Origin: a virus
Virus record (IMG/VR): IMGVR_UViG_3300023171_000011
Location: 1-64,000 of that record
Direction: 5' to 3' (one strand)
Length of the DNA stretch: 64,000 bases
Both the position numbers and the translations under genes were made by a program. The notes under the pieces were generated by a model that had not been told where the DNA came from, searched no databases, and saw only the letters and a list, made by a program, of their open reading frames with translations. Below are positions 35,701 through 43,900 of the stretch, in pieces (the first letter of the stretch is position 1; every line of letters starts with the position of its first letter).

Positions 35701-37156
35701 GAACCCAAGCGATATCACAATCACACAACAGCCTAGCAACGGTACAGTGACGTTTTCAGGGGGAAATTGGGTAGTTACCCCAAACACAGGCTTCACGGGC
35801 TCACAGACGTTTAAATTTAGTTTTACGGTAGCGGGTAATTTGATTGTGAAGAACGAATGCTTTACGGTAATTGCAGGAGACTCGACACCTATTCCTTTCT
35901 TGTTTCAAGATTTGGTTGGTCAGGAATTAAATGTAGAGGTGACTTCAAATGTGATCGGGGTAGACGGAATAAATATCCCTTCACCAATCAGCATTACAGG
36001 AGGTACTTTCGCTAAGAACGGTGGTTCATTTGGTTCAGCACCATCTACGGTAGTTCAAGACGATACGGTAGTAGTAAAGTTGATTACTTCTAACGTGGCA
36101 AATACGACTACAAGTGCAACTTTGACTATTGGAGGGTACTCCGATACATTTAGTGCAACGACTAAGACTGACGACACTCCTGATGCATTTACTTTTGAAA
36201 CTTTAAATGGTGTTGATTTAGATACTGATTACGTTTCTGAGGTTATTTATATATCAGGGCTGAATGTGGTAGTTTCTATTTCGGTTGTTGGAGGGGAATA
36301 CGCTAAAAATGGAGGTTTGTTTACTAATGTCGCAGGGACAGTGACTAACGGAGATGCGATAGAATTACAATTACATAGCTCAGATATGGAACAAACATCT
36401 ACTGACATGAGTGTGACTGTAGGAACATATACTACTACATTTACAGTCATAACAAAAGAATCGATTGGTAACGAAGAGAAACAAAGCACTTTTCAAAGAA
36501 ATAATTGTGCTGCTGGCAGTAGTGGAACTTTTTATACCTATATCGTTCCTGCGGACACTTACTTTGCAGGAACTTTAACTGAGGCTAATAACATGGCATT
36601 GGTAGATATAGCCGCCAATGGACAAACAGCAGCTAATACGAATGCTTCGTGTATACTTAATACAACTGTTTCTACTTTAGTTATCGACATAGACAACAAT
36701 GCCGCTTTAAGTTCATTCTTATACATTGATACCCCTGGTATTTCAGAGTCAGGAACCATAGTTAGAAGTGGACAGAATTTCTTCCCTTTTACCGAGCCAC
36801 CTGAAAACAATTATATGTTGGCTTCTGATGTTATTTCAGGAACTACCAACTGGAGGTATGAAACTAATATTGGAAAACTAATCAGTCTTTATCCTGACGC
36901 TACAGCTATACCAGAGTTTATTTATAGATTGAAAGGTAACTCAAGCATAGCCGGCACACTAAATGGTAACTACGCTTTGAAATTCCCTAATCAGAAAATG
37001 ATAATGAACGGAGATGAGGGAACATACGTACCGAGTGTTGACCCTCCTGGTGGACCTGCGGTAACTCCTTGGAGTGGAGTAGTAGCTACGGGCCCTGATG
37101 CGGTGATAGCTACCTTCACTTACAATAGGGCTTTAAATACAATAACAGTTTCTTAA
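32759..37156 (+). CDS. tail stabilisation (muzzle/nozzle) protein with appended Ig-like and DUF5977-like domains
   Basis: FQYRYQY.Y.D.E.SA.S, NVPRKA, Y..GI.PFD.YGR, YGMG..PES; repeated D.TPD.F.F Ig-like units; FQRNNC...ANG Q..AN..C. Confidence 0.8.
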   Translation: MEELKKFIGGGMDFETSYSKMASNDFPESFNLILSGVEFSEFGDGTNLPSNREITGYALPAGINKCIGAEKFENERIILAFIYNSFGFHQFFEYNYDTDVKTLLFTNKTDSGGVDILPLTVNNYISDIKLANSTEVIFTDSNMEIGYINKERLKSGALGVVTQDDVRLIKAQPLKLPQVRYGDDAGRVVNLMKNKLFQYRYQYGYLDNEPSAYSSISKRQVPTKESTTAIGEDVTKNNNQIISVDAGTNRVLDINIAARYDNLDWETIKSVKRAYVIALPNTAIDIPNEVYEAYNPTTNQYSFVHYNDGLYVNIDPRETDSVFDNVPRKAETLELLESNILAVAGLTEGYERPAIDVRMTVNDYDPKLETAPLDPNQLKVTNMYNSDPPGKVHKRRIHVNFSGIAKTGDKITIVLKDVREVTTTKTYYYEVESTYNNNTLGALQKFATNMGNSGGPGGVGASVTAISGGYQLTWIDFEYYWDGYSDVENSSVGSGQLSSIHALKSNSAYQACIIPFDHYGRPLPVITGKDFIFKTNSYAQSKGLTPRLSWQLLSNFPKEVESFQWGLSLNTTHQATLYINGAYMRTDGQYIVLNINPLKTFNERNASSILNYEYSEGDRATFMYYDNSGTKVYFDNPFIDVQVAGFDIVVDTTPDPDTTTYELKVKLNSSIDTAAISGKNIYIELYTPKKRVTVSGGQTTYLENLFFEIGEQFDVVDGVPQVTSGTITDGDVYFQTRDYVSAVNDTDYTTYLAEDFNFSPLYKSNYTSYGRGFQYNERDGIKIRKAGIRYSDKYVIDSKLNLLNRFYAERLYGDNDGESSSNFGWIRKIRQRDNYLICIQEVKEGHIPLFQSIVEDQEAQAQAYLSDKLFNKIRYSNTGSYGMGNAPESYSESPNGSVGFADPNNSVPMRDGANGLTDISGKMSKFFKQTFQAAKQAGKSIISYWDNYTLQRVFSIQEDEDTVFQVPVNENSLVYEDPYTVNPSDITITQQPSNGTVTFSGGNWVVTPNTGFTGSQTFKFSFTVAGNLIVKNECFTVIAGDSTPIPFLFQDLVGQELNVEVTSNVIGVDGINIPSPISITGGTFAKNGGSFGSAPSTVVQDDTVVVKLITSNVANTTTSATLTIGGYSDTFSATTKTDDTPDAFTFETLNGVDLDTDYVSEVIYISGLNVVVSISVVGGEYAKNGGLFTNVAGTVTNGDAIELQLHSSDMEQTSTDMSVTVGTYTTTFTVITKESIGNEEKQSTFQRNNCAAGSSGTFYTYIVPADTYFAGTLTEANNMALVDIAANGQTAANTNASCILNTTVSTLVIDIDNNAALSSFLYIDTPGISESGTIVRSGQNFFPFTEPPENNYMLASDVISGTTNWRYETNIGKLISLYPDATAIPEFIYRLKGNSSIAGTLNGNYALKFPNQKMIMNGDEGTYVPSVDPPGGPAVTPWSGVVATGPDAVIATFTYNRALNTITVS

Positions 37157-37165
37157 ATTAAACTT

Positions 37166-38098
37166 ATGAGCTTCACTATATTACAAAACACACCGACAAT
37201 AATCCCACTGGCAGACTACGCTAAGACTACTGGATGGACACTGGAAGACGGGGTTGCCAAGCACGAAGCCTGTAACGATGGCGAAATCAACGTGAAGGGC
37301 TCTACGATCTCTCCTGTGAGTGGACAAAGCTATACGGTGGCATATGAGATCACCAACTTGTCCGGAGGCTCTATAAGGCTTAGAATTGGTACTACACAAG
37401 GAGTATTGAGAACAACCAATGGTCAGTACGTGGAGACGCTTGTAGCCGGAGGTTCAAACCCTTTAGTGAGCTTCTTTGCTACAGGGGCCTTATGGCTAAG
37501 AACGATTGATGTAAAGTCTTCGGTTCCCAATGTAGCGACTAAAAAAAGAAACACGATTGTGTTCAGTGAGCAAACAGCCAAGTGGTCCACGTTCTTTTCA
37601 TTCACCAGTGATTACGGTTTGTCGCTTTTCAAGGACTTATTTACTTTCAAGGCAGGGAAGATGTATAGGCATGATCCGAGTCTACCGACAAGGAATAATA
37701 TTTATGGAGTTCAATATAAAACCATATTTAAGTTTGTTGCCAACGGTGGAGAAGGGATACCTAAAAGTTATATGGGGCTTTCGTATGAAGGGAATCAATT
37801 AATGGTGACAACAGCCAATGGGGTGGAGACTTCTTTAGGTCAGGTAAGCGAATTGATTGATCAGGACTTCTTAAAAGCATCACTAGATGATGGTATGGTA
37901 CAAATTGACGTTTATTCCGTTGAAGGGATTTATAGCAGTTCTTTCTTAAGAGATATTTCAAATGGAGGCGATATAAATAACGGAGATGTATTGAAAGGCT
38001 CTTACATAACAGTTGAACTCATTCAGGTAAACAACGCTACTTTAAGGTTAAGTAATATTAAAGTTCATTCAGAAAGCAGTCCAATTGGAAGTCGTTGA
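37166..38098 (+). CDS. C-terminal part of tail stabiliser with N-terminal beta-sandwich
   Basis: TIVFSE...WSTFFSF...FTFK.G.MYRH...NNIYGVQY, EG.Y, LKG.Y. Confidence 0.7.
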   Translation: MSFTILQNTPTIIPLADYAKTTGWTLEDGVAKHEACNDGEINVKGSTISPVSGQSYTVAYEITNLSGGSIRLRIGTTQGVLRTTNGQYVETLVAGGSNPLVSFFATGALWLRTIDVKSSVPNVATKKRNTIVFSEQTAKWSTFFSFTSDYGLSLFKDLFTFKAGKMYRHDPSLPTRNNIYGVQYKTIFKFVANGGEGIPKSYMGLSYEGNQLMVTTANGVETSLGQVSELIDQDFLKASLDDGMVQIDVYSVEGIYSSSFLRDISNGGDINNGDVLKGSYITVELIQVNNATLRLSNIKVHSESSPIGSR

Positions 38099-38131
38099 TT
38101 TAATTGATACATTTGAATAAAATAAAACATA

Positions 38132-38596
38132 ATGGAACTCGCCGACAACCACAATACATACCATGATTTAGTAGATCAGATTGAGGCTGTTATTGTGAAT
38201 GAAGGTACACCTGTTGAGTGTCGGATTAAACACTTATTTACGAAGGGTGTTTATTGTAGGGAGATGTTTGTTCCCAAAGGGACGATACTTACCAGCAAAC
38301 TGCATAATATGCAGCACCCGTTTGTTTTGTCTATGGGTGCAGTAGGTGTGTTGGAGAACAATAAAGTGACAGAGGTGATGGAAGCCCCATATTTAGGAGT
38401 TACGGAACCTGGAACCAGAAGAGTGATTTATGCTTATGAGGATTCTATTTGGACCACATTTCATCCAGTATCTATTTATCCGGAGTCCGATAGCGAAGAG
38501 GATCTGCTTATTGCAGTTCAAAAAGTAGAAGACTTGGTGATTGACAATTACGATAATAATTTAATAACAGTTAAGAAAAAGGAGGAGTTAACATGA
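38132..38596 (+). CDS. cupin-like phage protein
   Basis: HLFTKGVYCREMFVPKG..LTSKLH...H...PGTRR.IYA.ED..W.T.H; promoter TACATTTG at 38108. Confidence 0.75.
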   Translation: MELADNHNTYHDLVDQIEAVIVNEGTPVECRIKHLFTKGVYCREMFVPKGTILTSKLHNMQHPFVLSMGAVGVLENNKVTEVMEAPYLGVTEPGTRRVIYAYEDSIWTTFHPVSIYPESDSEEDLLIAVQKVEDLVIDNYDNNLITVKKKEELT

Positions 38597-39279
38597 GTTT
38601 TGTATTAGCAGCCGCAGCAGCCCCAAGTGTGATCAAAGGAATCGCTGGTGTCGTCGACATCTTTGGTGGCAAACGAAGAGCAAGAAATAACGTAAGACCT
38701 GTAGCCCAGGTAAACGAGAACTATCTAAAGAATGTTGCTTTGGCTGAAAGTATGGGCCGTACAGGGCTTCCTCAAGAGCAGTACAATCGCTCCTTTCAAA
38801 ATATAGGCAGAAATCAGTCTGTGGCGCTTAATTCTCTTTCAAGGAGTGCAAACCCTGCGGCTGGACTTCAAGGTCTGCTACGGGCTTCTAATGACGCTAC
38901 AATGGGACTTGATGCACAAGATGCTAATGCCCGTATGCAGAATCAAAGGTTTTCTTTTGGACAACGTGCAAACTTAGCTCAAGATCAGCAACGGGTATGG
39001 AATTGGAATAAAAGAGACAAGTATAATGAAGAAGCAAGTGCAGCAGCTCAACAGATTGGTAGCGGAAAATCCAATGCTTTCGGGGCATTAAGTGATTTGA
39101 GTCAATTGGGGCAAGTGGCGGCAGGTGCTGGTGTTTTTGGTAGTGGTGGAGGTCAGGGAGGGTTTAATCAACCTGGGTCTAATGGTTATATTAACAATTA
39201 TCTTCCTAACGCTACAATGAATGCTCCTTCTCAATACGGTGTTCCTGCAAATAGGTTTTACAATAAATTTAAATTTTAG
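38593..39279 (+). CDS. internal virion / ejection protein
   Basis: Ala/Gly/Gln-rich with hydrophobic N-terminus, typical of pilot proteins. Confidence 0.7.
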   Translation: MSFVLAAAAAPSVIKGIAGVVDIFGGKRRARNNVRPVAQVNENYLKNVALAESMGRTGLPQEQYNRSFQNIGRNQSVALNSLSRSANPAAGLQGLLRASNDATMGLDAQDANARMQNQRFSFGQRANLAQDQQRVWNWNKRDKYNEEASAAAQQIGSGKSNAFGALSDLSQLGQVAAGAGVFGSGGGQGGFNQPGSNGYINNYLPNATMNAPSQYGVPANRFYNKFKF

Positions 39280-39281
39280 GT

Positions 39282-40673
39282 ATGGCTATTTCGGGCGCAA
39301 ATCTTAATGGAGCTTTCCCAATATACGATACCTCAAGGTCGGTTAATACCTATACTTCGAATTTAGCAAAGCAAGCGGCCCAACGTGCAGCAGAACAAAA
39401 AGCTTTGCAGGATGATCTTGGTAAGATTAAAATTGATGGATTAAGGGATGCTGATAAAGAAGATTATTTCAAAGGCTTTGAGGATTGGAGAAGTACAGCT
39501 CAGGCAGCAGCAAAAGAAAGAGACTTTAGAACCAAGGCTCAATTGCAGTCTGACTCTGATCGAAAGTATTTGGAGTTACAATCCTTGGTTAATAAGTCGA
39601 AGGAATATGGCAAGATGCATCAAGATGTTTCCGGACGTTTCCTTGATAATAAATTCAGGGACCAATTTACTGATGATGCCGTAGAGGTTTGGCGAAAGTC
39701 AGGTCAATTGCCAATTTCAAGTAAGGATATTGTTTTAGACCCTACGGCTTTGAGTCGTCAATTGGATTTAAGTGGTATTCAAAAAAAGATCACTGATATT
39801 GATGAAGATTTACTAAAACAAGCCAAATATGCTAACCCTGTTACGAGAAGGGTAACTTCGAACAATAGGACAGGTACTGAGAGTATTTACAGCCGTTCTG
39901 TAGACCCCAAACAGCAAGCATTGGCTTATGGTATGGCTTACGACACAGACAGGGATTTGAGGGCTTATATGCATAAGCAATACGAGAATGAATTTGCTTC
40001 AATGCCAGAAGACCAAGCTAAAGCATTTGCTATTCAGGATATGGTTAAGCAACGTCCTGTAGCTAGACAAGATGCACCTAAAATGGATTGGGATCTAAAA
40101 GAGGATAACTGGAAAGAGAAAGCTTTATTTAATGATGCGCTTGCTAGGAAAAGAAAAGCTGATGGTTTGTCTGATGACGACATAGTTACTTATGACAGAA
40201 AAGATTGGGTAAAAGCAATCCTGAATAAAAAAGCAGGTAGCGGAGAGAGGTTAGGTGCTGTAGCTAAGGCTCGTGGTTATGACCACAACCTAAAGGTTAA
40301 ATGGGAAGGGGATATTTTAACAATAGATGTACCGCCAATTACTAATGAAAAAACTACCGTAAATGGCGATAAAGTAAATGCAACAGCAAGCACTACTCCT
40401 ACTAAGCGAATTAGAATAAACGCTAATGATCCAAATGCCGGCTCTCAGTTAAACACAATTATTAACGAGATTACCGGAGATAAAATATCTGAGACTAAAT
40501 TTAAGACCGGTAATGCTGCTGGTAAAATGAAAATAGGATCAACAGCACCTCAAACTAGGAAACAAGTACCACTGTCTAAAGTAAAAGGTCTTGTTGGTAA
40601 AAAAGGGTATGAGGGTTATACTGAAAAAGAACTAATTGACTATTACAAATCACAAGGATACGACGTAAAATAA
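39282..40673 (+). CDS. internal virion / ejection protein
   Basis: Helical; position in ejection cluster. Confidence 0.65.
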   Translation: MAISGANLNGAFPIYDTSRSVNTYTSNLAKQAAQRAAEQKALQDDLGKIKIDGLRDADKEDYFKGFEDWRSTAQAAAKERDFRTKAQLQSDSDRKYLELQSLVNKSKEYGKMHQDVSGRFLDNKFRDQFTDDAVEVWRKSGQLPISSKDIVLDPTALSRQLDLSGIQKKITDIDEDLLKQAKYANPVTRRVTSNNRTGTESIYSRSVDPKQQALAYGMAYDTDRDLRAYMHKQYENEFASMPEDQAKAFAIQDMVKQRPVARQDAPKMDWDLKEDNWKEKALFNDALARKRKADGLSDDDIVTYDRKDWVKAILNKKAGSGERLGAVAKARGYDHNLKVKWEGDILTIDVPPITNEKTTVNGDKVNATASTTPTKRIRINANDPNAGSQLNTIINEITGDKISETKFKTGNAAGKMKIGSTAPQTRKQVPLSKVKGLVGKKGYEGYTEKELIDYYKSQGYDVK

Positions 40674-40675
40674 CT

Positions 40676-40840
40676 ATGGCAGAATATCAAGATTTAGAGG
40701 ATGACTTATTGCCTCCTCCACCAAAGAAAAACACTTCAAAAAAACAAAGTTTAGGAGATGATGGCTTACTGCCGCCACCTCCTTTAAAAAAATATACCCC
40801 TCTCTACATCTGGCACAAATTCCTCAACTGGTTTAGATAA
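40676..40840 (+). CDS. 54-aa Pro-rich ORF; probable true N-terminus of the giant protein via +1 frameshift
   Basis: MAEYQDLEDDLLPPPPKK...LLPPPPLKK; starts 2 nt after upstream stop; contains TTA AAA AAA T. Confidence 0.65.
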   Translation: MAEYQDLEDDLLPPPPKKNTSKKQSLGDDGLLPPPPLKKYTPLYIWHKFLNWFR

Positions 40841-40937
40841 AGAACCAACTTACGAAACAGGCCAACTTGAAGAAGTAAATATAACTGCAAGAAGAAATCC
40901 ATTAGACCCTAATAGACCACAAGATCAGCCGTTTAAT

Positions 40938-43900
40938 ATGGCTGATAACCAGCCTAAGACACGTTCTGGTTTTGATGAATGGAAAGCCTCGTTACCAAAA
41001 AGACTTCGTTACGAAGGGGATTATGACCTTAAAGGTTACTACAATAAATATGGTGCTTCCAAAGTAAAAGGTGAGGCGCATTTAACGGATGAGTTTAAGT
41101 TACCAAACCATCCTACGTTTTCTACGGAAAGTAAATACTTCAATGAAAATACTAAAATGCAGGGTGGAGAATGGGATGGAGATAGCTATGTGCCTTTTGA
41201 TCCATCTAAACCTATTTTTGATGAAAAGAATAATAAGTACCTTCCTAACACTAGAAGAGCGCCACAAGGTCAGGATTACGCTCAAAATGAAAATCCATTA
41301 GGTATGATGGTGCCTGAGCAGACTCCTTTTAACTTTGCTCAATCAAGTAATCCTGAACTATATAATGCTACGGTATCAAAACAACCTAACGTTCCAGAAG
41401 TAGAAACATCCAGGTTAAATAATTTAGGTAAAGGATTAAGTTCTTTATACGAGGGTCTTCTTAAAATACCTAGATATGCTTATGATGTAGCTGCAGCTCC
41501 GCAAAATGCTTTATCTAAACTTTTGGACAATCCCAATATAGCAACCGACTACGATTCATTCCTTAAACAAACAAGTATTGATGGATTACCTTCGAGTCCA
41601 CTTACTATGTTAGATCAGTTGGGTGACTACTATAAAGGTGAGGCTAAAAACTACGAGGCTAAAACCAAGAAGTACGATGACAATATCGTTGGTAGTATAG
41701 GTAAGGGTAAATGGGGTGAAGCAGGTAGTCAGGTTTTAGATCAGATTACAGAGAGCGCACCAAGTATCGCTACGATGGCTATGACTGCAGGTGCCGGACA
41801 GATTGCTAATGCAGGACAAGTAACTTCTACTCTGGCGAACGCTTTGCCTTTTATGAGTCAGAAGAACGCTCAACTACAAGATAGAACTGATGTACCGGAA
41901 TGGTTAAAGCCTGTCAACGCTACATTAAACGGATTGAGTGAAGTAATATTTGACCAAAAGTTTGGTACACAGGCGGCTATTCAGGGTATTGTTAACCGGT
42001 TCACCAATGAGGGAAGGGAAGTCGCTGTAGATGCTGCTAAAGAGTTTGCTAAGTCCTTTGTGAATAAAGCTATGAATGGCGCTAAAGTGATTAAGCCTTT
42101 CGCTACCGGAGCTATTGAAGAGGGTACAACACAATTGGCACAGAACATTGTAGACAAGTATACGACTGATCCGGACAAAGACTTGATGGAGGGTGTAGCA
42201 GACGCTATGATCGTGGGTAGTGCAATGACTGGTCCTATTGAGACTCTTGGGAAGATAGTTCAACCTAAAGCCCGTAAACAAGTCACAGAACTTCAAACTC
42301 AACAACAAAGTTTACTTAATGAATTAGGAAATCCTAACATCACTGAGGATGCAAGGAAAGGCGTTGAACAGTTATTGGAGAACAATCAAAATTCAATTGA
42401 GAGTATTGCTAAGGAAACCCAGGATGCAATTGCTAAGTTAAACCCTACACAGAAGAAAGAGGTAGAAGCGATAGGTGAAAAGATCACCACAGCCGAATCT
42501 ATTGTCAATGACCCTAATGCAAGTGAAGAAGTCAAGAAAGTTGCAGAAGCCCAAATAGATCAATTGGGTAAAGAGATTGACGCAATCAAACCTGAACCAG
42601 TTAGTGCAAAAAATGCACAGACTGATAAGTCGGAGATTATACCTGTTAAAAAAGGAACTGATGTGGCTGTGGACGACACAGTTGAATTGGTCAACGGGAA
42701 GACAGGTAAGGTAACTAATATTGAAGGTGACCAAATCACCATGACGATGGAAGATGGCGCTACGTTTATGGCTACACCTGACTTGGTGGAGATGAGCGTT
42801 GTGAAGCCAAAAGAAGCCGTACAAGAGACTCAAACTCCTGTAGAGGTAAAAGAGCCAGTCAAAGAAAAAGAAGTGATTGTAGAACCTAAAATAGAGTCTA
42901 ATGAAACTAAACTACCTGTACCTGAGAAAGAGAATGTGGTTACGGAGACTGTACCACAAGAAAAACCTAAAGAAGTAATTGAACCTACTCCTATTGAGGT
43001 AGTGAATGAAGCGGTTAAGGAGCCCACTGAACTACCTAAAAAGGAAACCACTACGTTCGATGACCTTGCTAACAAAAGACTACCCAATAAAGAAGTTCGA
43101 GATACCAAGAGTAATGTTGAGCGAGAAACAGGAGACACCCTTACTTCGGACATTAAAGAGTTTGACTCTGTAGATTTCAAACAAAGTATGCTCCATGGTG
43201 AAGATGTGGTAGAAGCGGCCAAAAAAGAGTTTGGCGACAATTATGTTACTGGAACTTTGGATTACGTAAAAGAGTCTAAGATGCCGTTCGAGAATAAGGC
43301 GGTGATCTTAGTTTCCCTGGAAAACAACTTACGTAAACAACTGCTTGAAGATCCGAAGAACAAGCAATTAAGAAAACAGATTGCGGCTGCTACTGCGGCT
43401 TCGGTTGCTCACTTGAGAAGTGGGGCCACGGCTGCGGCTACTGGTATATTCAGACAAGCGGCAAGAACAGCCTACGATACTAAGTTGGCTTTAGAGGCTA
43501 TTTTCAGCCCTAAACAACTGGAAGAGAGGGCGAAGGTCGAGGGTGCTGTTGCCGCTACCTCAGAGGACATACAAGAGTCTTATGAAGCAAGTCAGGCTGA
43601 TATTCAGGATGCAATAGATAAAGGTGTAGAGGAGCGTGTAAACGAGATTTACGAGAGTATGCCTACTGCCAGAAGACAACGTGCAGACAAAGCTATTGCG
43701 GCCCTTGACAGGATTCAAAAGAAACTTAGGGGTAAAACCTACGATGCTTCCATTGGAGTTCCTATTGCGATCATTGACGCTGGTATCACAACGATTAAAG
43801 CGGCTATTCGTGCAGGGGTGGATATTGCTGATGCAATTGAATTGGGGATTAAAAAAATCAGGGAACAGCATGGTAAGAATTGGGAGGAAGATGCTTTCCG

